DNA of 64,000 nt, filler included, from Sphacelaria rigidula (Eukaryota), in assembly GCA_964200075.2 (NCBI GenBank). It is 4 parts of 4 records of this genome, joined end to end, with 100 filler letters (N's around TTAATTAATTAA, not from the genome) between each part and the next. Parts side by side here need not be neighbours in the genome. Positions count along the whole stretch, not along the records: positions 32,209 to 48,208 come from CAXNAA020001527.1; positions 48,309 to 64,000 come from CAXNAA020001643.1; 2 more parts are not named here. One strand, given 5' to 3'. Below, in pieces: positions 37,499 through 49,760 of this stretch. The translations under genes and the position numbers were made by a program. Every line of letters begins with the position of its first letter. Positions within the stretch are counted from its first letter, which is position 1. The notes below the pieces were generated by a model. The model worked only from the letters and a program-made list of their open reading frames with translations, was not told the DNA's origin and searched no databases.

Positions 37499-40400
37499 GC
37501 ACCCCCAAAGCGCGTTGGACGAGAATCGAGCAACAAGCTTAACACCCAGAAAATTAACGCCAAAACGATTGAGCAAGTCACAACTGAATTCCAAACCCAC
37601 GCTAAATGCAAGCAGCAATGGAACGAGTCACTCGCACCTTACGCAACTCCTTTTTGAGAAATTCCGAAGCGGCCTCCGAAATATTTTCAACAGGCTCCCA
37701 CGTACGCTCCTCGACTCCAAAACCAACCCAGTCGACCAAAATGATCAACGAACGATCCTCTGCCTCTGCCACGCGAGCAATCCCAGCCATCTGAAATTGC
37801 CGCTGGTTGGAAGCGTGCTGAAACACATCCTTCACGTCTGCCGTTACATTAAGCTGTGAGTCTACATAAAAACGCAGACGAGCTACATGGGCGGTCTGAA
37901 CACGACCCAAAACAATGTTTTGGATCTCGAACACATGTGGGTGATGAGCAACAACCACTCTCCACGGACCAGTCCACGTCGCCATTACTTCAGGCGTAAC
38001 TCCCGGGCGACGCACGCGTGCATACAACAAATAATCACCTACCTTGAAATTCGGCAATTTCAGCCCCGGCAGAGACCCCTCACGTCTACGCGCACGTTCA
38101 GCGGCAACACGCTCCTGCACTTGAACGTGGAAGCTTTCCTGCAACTCCAAACCTCCTTGCAACGCGCGCTTCAGTTGCGCATCACCCAAGACTCACAGTT
38201 CCATTCCCCCGCCGATGAGGACGCCAACACCGAGATAGACATCCGAGGGGCACGACCGATCATCACGTCACACGGCTTACTACCGTATCGATGGCGATAT
38301 GCTGTATTTCGTGCCCATTGCACAGCGGGCAACACGTCCACCCACTCGGTCACCTCTCGACGCTGCTCGAGAAGAATAGATCGAAGAGCAAAAACTACTT
38401 CCTTAAGCGTGTGTTCGCACGTGCCGTTAGACCACGGAGAATATGCCGCCGCAAACCGGTGATCAACGTGTAATGCCTCTCACAAGCGGGTCAAGATCAT
38501 GTTCTTGAAATGCGTGGCGGTATCACTCATCCACACACGCGGTACACACACACGCGGTACCCCCAAAGTTTTGCACCAATTCAGCAAAGATGCAGCGGTC
38601 GATTCGGTAGTACACGCTGCTACTGGTTCCAGAGACACGAAGTTGCTCAAATCATCCATGATTACTAAAATGTATCGAAACCCAGCATCCTCCAACAAAC
38701 CTTGGGAAGCTAGCGGGCCACTTTCGCCCACGTACAACAAGTCAAAATGAACGACTTCATTCGGCGTGGTCCCATGGACCGTTTCAACGAGCGGGCGGGA
38801 AACAACATCACACGCCCTCGAGTTAGCACAGTGAAGAAGACACTGTCGGACAAACTCTCGCATCAGAGATTCTATTCCCTTACAAATACGAAAATCTTGC
38901 AAGCGCACCAGTGTCGCAGCCACACCGCGATGCCCGGCATCGCGCATGTGCGCACAAATCATCAAACGTATCTGCAATTGTTTGTTTGAGCTGGGAATCC
39001 ACAGCACGTTTCGGCCACGTACATGCACACGAAACAAACCTTCATTGTCCAAAACCACAGTAACAACATCCGACTCGAAGGATTGCACATCCGCATCTGT
39101 GGCCCCAAGTTCTTTCCGTTGGGCTTGGCGGACCACAGATTTCGACGGCATCAAATCATCCGCTTCACACAAACCAGATACAGTCTCAGCTCGCGCGGGC
39201 ATAGTGGGAATATTCACCCAGCGCGACAACAAGTCACCCCATGCGTTACGCTCACCCAAAATATGACAAATCGTGTACCGATACCGACCTAATACACCTT
39301 TTCACCAATGCAATCGCTGTGCCAACGCCTTCGACATAGACATCACGCATGCCTCCGGGTTGAAAATGTACGCTGGATTCCAGTGATACGTGAATATGTG
39401 CACGCCATTTCACAATAGATGCTCGAGACGACGAAACGTGCTCACGATAGCAAAACCTTCCTTGTCAACAGTTGCCAAACACATCTATGAACCCTTGAAA
39501 CTACCACCAAGCAAGGTCGGCGGTTCATGCATCATTTTTTCAACCGGCAACCGTTGTTGCATTTCTGCATCAGGCACCTGCGTTACAAAACTACCCCAAT
39601 GACACTCGGATGCATCCGGAAACATCAACACCTGGCACCCGGGGCGGGGATGGAACAGCGTCACGGCATGATACACCACATCCTTCGCTTCCGCCCATGC
39701 CTGCAGCCTATCCTCCGTCCACAATGCGGGCGGAATAACGCGGCTTTTGGTCACCCGCTTCGTGCGCCTTGCAGCCCCCCCCATGAGTTCTTATAGCAAA
39801 ATACGCAAAGGCACCACTACATAGGCCATACGTGGCAACGAGTTACCCAACCAGTTCATTGCGTGCAGGAATTGCAATATTTCTGCTACTGTTTCTGGAC
39901 ACCGCATATTAGACAAATCTTGCAAGCGGACCGGGTCATGCGAGACGCGGCCGTGTGAATATGCTTTTCCACACCACCGTAATTCTCTAGCAAAAAAAGG
40001 TACACTTGAGGGTAGCTGCAAACAGACCAGCACTCTGTAAGCGAGCCAAGATTGCATCAACCGTATCCAACAGTTCGCCTTCTGTATCCGCGAAGAAAAA
40101 ACATCATCCACCCAGATCTTGCATTTCAAGCCATCCAAAGGGTCTACCATGAGACCTTGAAATAAGAAGTAGCATTCAACACACCTTGCGGTGCTTGTTG
40201 CGAGGTAAACATGCCAAACGGAGTCGTGATGATGGTGAATATCTCTTGCGCCTCTTCGGCCAAAGGCATCTGCCAGTACCCCTGTAGGAGGTCCAACTTA
40301 CCGATGCATCGCGCACTCACCAGGTCTATCATGTCGGATTCCTGATTGGACATGACACCCGGCGACTTCTCCACCTGATCATTGACGGCTCCGTAATCGC

Positions 40401-42895
40401 TGACAAGACGGACAGAGTCCTTCTTCGGCACCGCCATCGCTGGACTGGACCACGCCGCCTACAGATTCCTGAACACCAACCCAAACGTCACAAGAGCTCC
40501 CATGCAAGAAGCTAACCAACTGGACTTTACCGAATCATACCTCCTCGGTTTTGCCTTTACCGCGACCGCCCTGGCTTCAGTGTAACCCTCATGGGTTCCA
40601 CGCGCGCAGGGGGATCATCCATCAGCGCATGACGAAACGCTTAACATGGCGATACAATATGCCACGCAAGCGCTCCGCTTTTGAGACGTTGAGGCCATTT
40701 GCCACAGCATCCGTCACGCCTTCCTCCAGTGCAGCCATTCGCGCAGACTCCTCTTCTGTCGGCTCCGTAAACATATCGGGGCCACGCTCCACCAAGCGTT
40801 CCACCGCCTCATCACGCTCCTCGGACACCTGCCCCCCCGCCTCCTGGAGAGTATCGACTGGCCAAAAAAGCAGGCGTCTCGACACTCGAGCCGGGCGACG
40901 GCATTTGGGTTTTTAGGGACTCTAATAACCGATCATACGGGTCGACTCCGAGTTCCCGAAGAGTCGGTAACCCCAACAGAACGACACCATCCGTCCCCGG
41001 CATGATCGCAAACGGTATCGGGGGTAAATTCGCTGGCCCCCAGGTCGTCCTGAGTGTCAACTGTAGGGGAATTGTACGCTCCATGGCATTTACACGTTGC
41101 CCCGATGCGGTGATGGCCTGCCGCGCCCCGAGCGAGAACGGAATGCGGATTTGCTCACCAGGGAGTAGACGCTCCAGCATCTCCACAATCAGCACCGACA
41201 CGCTCGTGAAATGGGCGCCTGAATCCAACCCAGCGTTGACCGATATGGCTCCCCGCGACCATTGATTTGAAATATATAACTCTTCAGGAATATAATTTTC
41301 TTGATACTCAACTGGCACCTGCTCCGCCGACTGATTTGTCGTGATCCCCACTTGGCGCCACGGCTGCACGTGCGGCGCAGGCATAGACGCCCCCGCTGGG
41401 GCATCTCCGCCGACGGGTACGAAGCCCCGCCCGCAGAACTGAATTGCAGCGGTACTCCGGCCGACGCAGCAGCGGATCCAAATTTCAGCTGAAATCCAGC
41501 CGGCTCAGCAGCAGGCGTCTCGCCTTGCTCTGCTGCCGGCGGCGCCGACACCGAATCCGATTCTTGAGTGGTTGGTCCCACCTGCACCGCCCGTTGCGGA
41601 GCAGCAGCCCCTGCGACTGAGCCGCACCCAGATTCGGACCCCTGCTGACGCCGCTGCCTCTGCTGCTGCTGCTGCTGCTGCTGCTGGGACCGGGAACACC
41701 ACTGCCCACCTCCACCGCTGGAGGATCAGCCTCCGCCACCAGCCCGATCAGCTTTTCCTCCTTTGTGATTGCGAGGGCGCACGGCACTTGTCTGCACAAA
41801 CTCCCCCTCGGAAGGCGTTGGGCACTTGCGTGCGTAGTGGCCTACCTGGCTACACTGAAAGCGAGTGATATTGGCGGCCGCACTGCCTGTGGATTTTGAT
41901 CAGCGATTACGCGAGCTCGAAGAATACGGCGACGAAGTGGATGATTTCCCGAATACTTCAACCTTCCGCCATGCCTGAGCCTCAGCCACCACGGTATACA
42001 TAACTAAGTACGGGTCTGACTGCCAATTGGTTTCGTGCTGGAATTGCACAAGCACGACCTGTTTGAGTTCTGCCGGTGCCAGACCCTCCACCATCGCTTT
42101 CGTGATCACCGCAGCGGGCCCTGGACGGAATTTCCCATTGGAGGAACGATAAACCATCTCGACGTTGGGATTTTCGCAAAAATATGTCTCCAACTTTGCC
42201 ATGATTGGCTCCACCCTCTCACGCATGGTCTTCCCCTTGTGGTTCATGGCGACAGCCTTCGCCACGGCCGCGGACGCCTGGGCTAGCTTTACCTCAGCGC
42301 CCGCCGCATGCCTTGCATGCTTCTTGATCGCTGCAGCTAATTGCAGCGGCGTTATTGTGTTCTTCTCATGGAATCTTGTGGCAAAAACGCGTTGGAGGGG
42401 GGCAGGCACGAATTGTGCCATGAATACCAGCTCATGCCTTACCGCACCCCCCGCATTCGCATGCTCCACCCGCTTCTTGTACTCAACATATTTCGTATAA
42501 AACGAACGAGAAGCACACTCAAAATACAAATTCCCGTAACTGGGAGACAGCAACTCTTCTCTAATTACAACTGGGGTCACCGGCGTCTCCGCTGGCTCTT
42601 CGGTCGGCACTTCTGTAGTCGACATTTCCGCGCGGACCTAATCAAAGTCTTCTGAACCTTCTCGAACTCAACGATTCACACCTACCTTCGTTGCCGCACC
42701 AACACAGCCGTGGGATCCTATAAATACCCGCTGCACGCAGCTCCAGCAAGTGTCCAGTCTGGACCAATCACGGGTCAGCCGCCTTTGCAGCACCTCAGCA
42801 ATATGTCCGAAGCTGTCCAGACTCCTCCCTACTGAAACATTTCCAGCAGTCACTAACGATAGCACTACTAGCACGACTAGCGCTAATATCGATAT

Positions 42896-43154
42896 TGTGA
42901 CGCCAGCAGGTTGCTAGCACTGCAGTGTCCAATACTGTTGAGGGGCTCCCCGGTTACACTGGCCTCAGGTTTCACTTGTTAGCCTTCACAACACCTTTTA
43001 TTATCCTGGAGTACCACCCAGGCACATACTCCCCATAAACCACATCAGGGTATCACCCCTGTGTCCATGTCACCATCCATATCATTACTATAAATCCCAA
43101 GTGATCATTCATATCATCAATATATACTCGACGTGACGGCGTGATTTCGTCACA
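42896..43154 (-). repeat. 5' LTR of the Gypsy element
   Basis: TG...CA ends with 7-bp terminal inverted repeats. Confidence 0.93.
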
Positions 43155-44022
43155 AACCACAGCAAAGAAGAGGTCGTCAGGTCCCCCTCCCTTCGACGGG
43201 ACCACTCCGATGTTAGGCGGTACTGCCGTGGGCGGACCCACCTCCCATGGCGGGACTATTCGTACGTGTTCCAGCATCCTCCTTTTTTCCTCGAGTATGT
43301 CTACATTGTTCGGAGTAGTACGACAGTGAGAATGTTCTATGGGTTGCGAGAGCAGCCCCCAGAAATCTGGGGATCCCGTCCAGCCGAAGGTGAGCCGAAA
43401 ATCAGCTACCAAGATATCGTTGATCACGTAGCGACACTTGTGCGCATGTTCTGCGGCGACGCGCACGTTTCGGAAAGCGTTCGCTACATCGGCTTTGACA
43501 AGAGAATCCGTTTGTGTGGGAATTTCTTTCTAAGCCGTAGGATTTCTTGTAGTAATTGTGGCAAGGCCTCGGCGCAAAGACAACCTGGGATTTCGTCGGG
43601 GTTGGTGACGGCGTTCACTTCTCCTTTCGTACCGGGTTTGGAATCGATGTCGAACGAAAAGTCATGGATAATGCGGACCTTATTGGTGACAACTGCTCCT
43701 GATGGAGCTACTCGCAAATGCTCAATTTCTTGGGCCGCTGATCGGTTCAAAACCAGGCATCTGTTCCTCTCAGACATGTGAGGTGTGGCCGTCGATACTT
43801 CTGTGGTTACCGTATTCGAGTGTTCGCCTCAAGCCCGGTGCGGTTTCTGTCGTGTCTATCGGCACACCCGTGTTCGAGGATGTGCATAAGGTTTTCTATT
43901 TCCGAAAAACGTTTTACTTCTCCAAAATGGTGGTGGACTTCACGGAGGTTTATAGGCGGTGACACCAGAGTGCCGCCGAGCCTCCCCAACACGTCTCCAA
44001 GGTTCCCGTTGTACAGTCTCAT
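43155..44022 (-). pseudogene. Reverse transcriptase N-terminal part of the YR retrotransposon
   Basis: LRVAPSGAVVTNKVRIIHDFSF, ILLSKxDVANAFRNVRV, DFRLTFGWTGSPDFW; continues as VCVDDFIF at 37239 downward. Confidence 0.88.
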
Positions 44023-44239
44023 TCATTCCGTGCATGTCGTTGCCATTTCTTGAATGATCGGTTTTGTTTTGAATAATTATTGTGGTGCTGTCGAAATATA
44101 TATGCATATACTTCCCCCCAATGTATTTGCAATCTTTCAATCGTGTTTTCGTTGTTGTGGTGTGACCCTGCGCGAGACGTTGAAGACGTCGACTCGTCGT
44201 ACATATCTATCTTCCTTGGGCTCGTCCCGGCAAGCATTA

Positions 44240-45190
44240 TCGGCGGGGGTTGGCGAGGAAATAACCTCGCATCTTCTTCTCTCTGTGTATCAACACGCGC
44301 TTCGATTGACCCTTTTTGGGTCTGCACTCGGCGTGCACTACTGCTCGAGTTTGTCCCGACTGATGCCGGAGGGTGACAAGGAAATGGCCTCGTTTTTTTT
44401 CTCTCCAAGTAGTGGTACGCACTTCGATTAGCCCATTTTGAGCCTGCACTCGGCTTGTACCACAACTCGGAACTGTCCTGACGTTTGTTGGGGGTTGAGG
44501 AAATGACCTCGATTCTTTTGATCTCCGAGTACTGGTACGCACTTTGAGTCTGCACTCGGCTTATTCTACTACACGGGTCTTTCCCGACTACAGACGTAAG
44601 TTGACAAGGAAATGACTTCGTTTCGTTTTCCCTCCGAATACTGGTAGGCGCTTCGTTTGACTCATTCTGGGTCTGTACTCGGCTTGTACTACTGCACGGA
44701 TCTGTCCTGACGATTGCCGGGGGTTGACCAGGAAATGACCTCGGTTCTTTTTCTCTCCGGGTACTGGTACGTGCTTCGTTTGACGCATTCTGGGCCTGCG
44801 CTCGACGCGTACTAATACTCGAATCTGACCCGGCTATAGACGGATGGTGACAAGGAAATGACCTCGTTTCTTTTTTTCTCCCAGTAATTGTACACGCTTC
44901 GATTGATCCATTCCGGGTCTGCACTCGGCTTGAACTACTACTTGGGACTGACCCGACTATTGGCGGGGGCTCAGGAGCAAATGACCTCACTACTTTTCTT
45001 GTCTGGGTACTGCTGCGCGCTTCGGTTGGCCCATTCCGGGTCGGCACTCGGCTTGCACGCATACTCGGGTCCCCCCCGACTATAGACGGAGGGTGACGAG
45101 GAATTGTCCTCGCTTATTCTTCTTTGGAGTACTGATATGCGCTTTGTCTGACCCACTCTGAGTCTGTACTCGGCTTGTACTCGCAATCGG
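44240..45190 (-). repeat. ~123-bp tandem repeat, about 8 copies, encoding 41-aa units
   Basis: CTGCACTCGGC-like anchors at ~44322, 44444, 44549, 44672, 44796, 44919, 45042 and 45164; ORF 44019-45062 has repeated SRVQT(Q/R)NGSxEARTSxxRxKExRSFPxxPPxIVGxDxxSS. Confidence 0.9.
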
Positions 45191-46003
45191 GTTTATTCCG
45201 ACCGTTACGCTTGTCGGGCGATGGAGGGACAGTGTCGTCGTTTTTTTCCCTTGCTTTATGGTACATTTTTCTTTTTCAGGGTGTGGTATCCTACTGATGT
45301 CAACGTCGGTCGGGGTTGGGTTCTCACTGTGCTTTTCGGAGGTGTACCGGGTCGAACGTAGCGGTTGATTGAAGCCTGCAGGCTGATGTGTTGCTGCCGA
45401 TTTTAGAAGCGAGGCACTATTTTCTTCGTCAGTTTTTAGGCACTGTGATCTATCTACTGTCCTATCATCATTCCCGGTTGCACCTACATTTGGGGCGATG
45501 AACCTGCGGGTAGGTTGTGGGGGCGACGGGTTGAAAAACGAAAAATTGTACCGCTATGCTTTCTTGCGTTGCTACTCATGCGAGCGACTACTTTGGGTGA
45601 TTGACGACACATCTGCTATCCTTACCGTATACCGCCGTCTCTTTTTTACTTTCTGCGTCGGTAACTCTAGCCTCACCGTGAAAGAAGTGAGGAGCCACCG
45701 AGCCAGGGAGAGGTGCTCCAGCGATGCCCACCGACCTGCCTGGGTCAGTGAACGAAGATGTGACTGGAACGTGCCCCCTCATCCGCTCCCCATGCGGGCT
45801 CCACTCGCTCCACTCGCTTCACCTCCCCCGCTCCCCCGCTCCCGCCTCCTTCGTTTCCTGGCTGCACTCCCCACCCTCCCCCGTCGCCAAACTTTAATAT
45901 TCACGTCGGGGTGAGTCTCGTCGTGGTTCGGAAACATACATTTTGAACCCCCCGTATAGTGTAAACCCTGCCAGTTCCGGAGGCAAACGCCCTGGGGCGG
46001 GGC

Positions 46004-46699
46004 TCACGAGGAGAGTTCCTCCAAAAGTTTCGTAAAGGGCGTCGTCAAGCCTGCGGGTGTGCTATATCCCGCGGGGAGGCTCTGCGGTGATGTCAGCGAT
46101 GATGTGCGCGTCTTCTTGGTCTGATTCTGGGCCGGCGTTGTAGAGGTTGCGGCTGCGTGTTGCTTCTTTTTTGGCGGCGGTCGGGACTTGGAATCAGGTC
46201 CCAACCGGTGGCGGCCAATCAGGTTTAGCGGATGACCAGCCCTAATTCGTTGTTTTGCGCGTCTAAATGTCGGGGGCGGGCAGGTGCCACCGTCGTTGTG
46301 GTCCGACGGGGTCAGGGGGTACGTTTGGCGAAGGGACGTCGCCACTCGATCTATCTCGTTCATCCAATCCTTTAAATCACTGTTGGCGTCCTCGATGAAG
46401 AACTCGCGGGACCATTCCGCGTGCTCCTGAAGCTGCGCCATGTGTGAAATGACGAAGCGGTTTACTCGTTCGGCCAGGCCCTCCAGCTCGGCGATGGTGT
46501 TGTTTTGATGGCTTTTGGCCAGCGGTGACGACCCAACCGCGCCGCCTTTGATGACGGCCACTAGTGCTTTTACAGTATACGCAAAATGTACTTCCAGCCG
46601 TTGCGGCGAATGAATCCAACCCATTGGGATCGGGGGGCCAAACTCCGAGAGGTCGAAACCCTCAAGCGTCTTGATCACGCGCGACGTTTTTTGGTGCAT
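46004..46699 (-). pseudogene. Gag-like ORF1 segment of the YR retrotransposon
   Basis: 231-aa helical-looking ORF upstream of RT, preceded by a low-complexity Q/S/T/A-rich region and followed by CLRNWQGLH(Y)TGGSKCMFPNH (degenerate CCCH). Assigned by position. Confidence 0.55.
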
Positions 46700-48208
46700 C
46701 GCCGCGACGTCTAGACAAAGCGATTTTCAATTTTCGTTCGACAGCGGTAAGCTCGAGTTGTGCCCACCCCGCAGTACATTCCATTGTGACACCAGGGGAT
46801 TCGCCATCCAACTCGTCACCTGTTGCTTGGCAGCTTCATTCACTGCCCTGTGTTTTGCCGTGATGAGATCCGGCGCCGCGGGTAGCACCGTGGGCGCGAG
46901 CCACTGTTGTGGGTTGTAGTATTGATACCCAAACGACGGCACGGGGGCACCCTGTGGCGGGAAGTGTTGCTGGGGCAGGAGTTGCTGCTGTGTTGCTGCT
47001 GCTGTAGATGATGGCCGTCTTGCGTGCTGTGCGGTTGCTGGTGCTGGCCTGTGTAAGGGGTTGATGCTGGTTGACCTGCGGTTGATGATACTACTGCTGC
47101 TGGTGAAGTGGCTAATAAAATTACTGCTGCTGGTGAAGTGGCTGAGGTGTTGCTGACCTTGGGGCTGTTGGTGTGGTGGCTGCTGGCTGTGATGATGATG
47201 CTGCTGCTGCTGCTGCTGCTAATGCTCCTATCGTTGATGTGGCCTCTCATGTTGGTGGTGGTACTGATCTTGTGGGTGTGTTGCCTGTACGCTGAGCAGA
47301 TGGTTCACTCCGTGTAACAGACGCTCTAGGTGCTGATCGTGCCTCTGAACTGCTTGTCGAAGAATCGACATATGTGACTCCCACGGTTCCGTATTCCGTG
47401 CCGCATGGTGCTGTTGTGAGGAGGTTGCGCCCTGTGGCGCTCTCTGCGCTGTAGTGAGAGAGCACCGTGCTGCGGAGGGGGCAGTCCTCTGGGCGGGGGC
47501 GGCTGTTGCACCGCGGATTTTCGGTTGTCCGTCCCCGATGATGAAGATGCTGTAGGCCATGCTGCCGCTTGCGTGGGTGTTACTCGTGCGGGTTCTACCA
47601 TGTCGAATTGATTCGAACACGTTCGAGAACCACCACTGTACTGTACTCAACTGTCTCGCACCGGTGACTGTTCGTTGCCTTGCTCAGTATTGCCGAGCGC
47701 GGAGTGCGTTTTGGACTTGGGAACTGAACATAACTGTTCTTCGAGATCCTACCACATATTTTCAGCCGGATCTGAGACCCCAAGGTAACAGGGATCTTCC
47801 CAGCTAACTGCTGGCTATCCCTAGGGATCACGTTTTCGAGTTTGTCTTCGGTCAATCCTTGACTACATGAGACGAGGAAAATTATCGGCCACCTTCGACG
47901 GTTCCTACCGTCACCGGGAGGCTCACGATCTTCACATTGGCTGACACCAGTTTATTCGACACGTGTGCAAGGCATACAAGATATTTTAGCGAGGGCAGAT
48001 ACGGCGACACCTACTACACCTGTCGAGGCGCTCATGAGCACAAACATCAAGACGCTTTGGGTCCGTTCAAGCGTTCGAAGATACTGTCGAACAGGACTAT
48101 GAATCTTTCCTGTCATTCGCATCTGCGAATCAGTACAGTGCCATCACAAATCGACAATTTAACGTTCTTATTAGAAACCAACGGGCACCAAAGTGTTTGC
48201 AGTTAGGA

Positions 48209-48308
48209 NNNNNNNNNNNNNNNNNNNNNNNNNNNNNNNNNNNNNNNNNNNNTTAATTAATTAANNNNNNNNNNNNNNNNNNNNNNNNNNNNNNNNNNNN
48301 NNNNNNNN
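48209..48308. other. Artificial contig spacer 44N-TTAATTAATTAA-44N
   Basis: Exactly 100 bp, identical to the other spacers. Confidence 0.97.
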
Positions 48309-48380
48309 CGGGAATCGAACCCCCCAACTCAATCATCAGAAGGTTACGAGGTTACCAACTGAGCCACCGGGGCGACCGGC
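48309..48380 (-). mobile_element. tRNA-derived SINE head, cut by the contig end
   Basis: Reverse complement GCCGGTCGCCCCGGTGGCTCAGTTGGTAACCTCGTAACCTTCTGATGATTGAGTTGGGGGGTTCGATTCCCG matches 57181 and 1532. Confidence 0.8.
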
Positions 48381-48759
48381 TACGCCACTTCACGAAGACA
48401 TACCGAAAACCCTCGGGTAATGGGGGTGCAACGTGTTCCCTAGGCGAGGTGTGCGTTGCCAGACCTCAAATCGGCGCCCAGGCGCCGGTTTAGACAAGAA
48501 CGCGTTTTGCGCACGCTGTAAGCGCGCCAGGAGCACAGCCCCCTTTAAAAATCCGGATTTCGGTGTCTACACCAAAATCCAATACTGCACCTGTCCACAA
48601 GCCGTAAATTTTCGAGAACCATCTTGAACTACCAAGTGGTGAGTCTACTGTGCACGAAAGACCCACGTAGCCTCGTGACGATTGTCCTCATATCTGTTGT
48701 AGAAAACATCATCCCCAACCTTGGCCGTTCGTTACGTATTGAAGCTGCAAATAGTAAAA

Positions 48760-49760
48760 TTGTACTCCTTGCAAGATTTCACAGTTGCTCCGTTCTCTAC
48801 CGGCTTATGGAGGTCCCAGTATGCATGAAGACTCCCAGAAGGCGGTACAAAATGCTAAGAATATACTCGGAGTATATAACATGATGCGTCTCGGGATAAT
48901 CCCAGGGATACATGTACAAAGTTTGGTGGAGGAACTCGAGAATCTCGTCATGTTTGTTGCCTTTACGTAAATTTCACCCAAAAAAGACGTTTTCATACTA
49001 AAACCAAGTAGCTAGGAGTTGGCATGTTTCAAGCTCACGTCCTCGCACAAGCGCGCAAACCTCCACGCAGTTTTCAAGAGTTAGAACCTGACTTGGCAGA
49101 AATGTGCTATGGGTCATTATGCAAGTTTCCATCGAAGAGATTTTTCGACTTCTTGACTTCTGTACTGTTTTTCGGGGGGGTCCGACGGGATACAAGTCGT
49201 TGTTTCGAGGTTGTTTTCACTCTAAGAATCCGGAAAGCCGGCACTACGACTTATTCTACATTTTTCTTCGCAAACGCTCCGTCGCCGCAAAATTCAAAGA
49301 AGAGCCCCCCCCCCCCCACAGAGTTTTGTGGCCAAACTCGATTAATTGATGTTTGAATGTCCATCTTTACGTCAAAGGAGACCCCAAAGTGCCATTTTCA
49401 TACAAAAATCTACAAAGTAGTAGTTTGCTGTTTCACTGTGGCAAGGCAAGCTTAATCGCATATACGCGAAAAAATTCACGCCGTTCTGAGGAGTTAGAGC
49501 CTGAAATATTGCACAAATGTGATATGGGTGACTACGCAACTTCGAATGAAGGAGGATTTTTCATTCTTCACCATTTAACGGAGGTCCAACTAGATCGAAG
49601 TTTTCCCGCAAAAACTGGGTCCTCCGTAAAACGGTGGAAGAAGTCAAAAAGTCAACAAAACCTCGACCTTTGAAAGTTACGTAATGATCTACAGAACATA
49701 TGTGCATCATTTCAGGACCCAACTTATTAAAACGGCGTGAGTTTTGGCCTATGAGTGTTT
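48760..49760. repeat. Unclassified intronic repeat with internal duplications; related to 52600-52800 (opposite strand)
   Basis: GAGTTAGA(A/G)CCTGA..GCA.AAATGTG.TATGGGT at ~49078 and ~49491; TCTACCGGCTTATGGAGGT at ~48796 versus the reverse complement at ~52624. Confidence 0.5.

Larger units (their letters stand above)
37240..43154 (-). mobile_element. Complete (degenerate) chromoviral Ty3/Gypsy LTR retrotransposon, ~5.9 kb
   Basis: 259-bp LTRs at 37240-37498 and 42896-43154 (TGTGACG...CGTCACA; about 25 mismatches by hand count); TSD AACC (37236-37239 / 43155-43158). Gag 41900-42625 plus knuckle FQCSQVGHYARKC; protease LDSGA (40812-41384); RT with WVDD (~39790-40600); RNase H FPDAS (39485-39784); integrase 38480-39259; chromodomain 37602-37800. 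Confidence 0.95.
35085..47870 (-). mobile_element. Degenerate tyrosine-recombinase retrotransposon (DIRS superfamily, Ngaro/PAT-like co-oriented gag-RT/RH-YR), interrupted by a Gypsy element; ends approximate
   Basis: Gag-like 45930-47650 with a degenerate CCCH finger; repeat ORF 44019-45190; RT 43155-44022 plus 37026-37239; RNase H 36240-36986; YR 35085-35975; all on the minus strand. Confidence 0.85.

Noticed and set aside
42896-43154. Tf1-type self-priming partner sequence within the LTR
   Set aside because: The best complement is only ~8 nt with a G:U pair and lies near the U3 start; not convincing
44240-45190. CRISPR-like regular repeats (also 29222-29570 and 32239-32630)
   Set aside because: Whole units are repeated without unique spacers, there are no cas genes, and the context is eukaryotic
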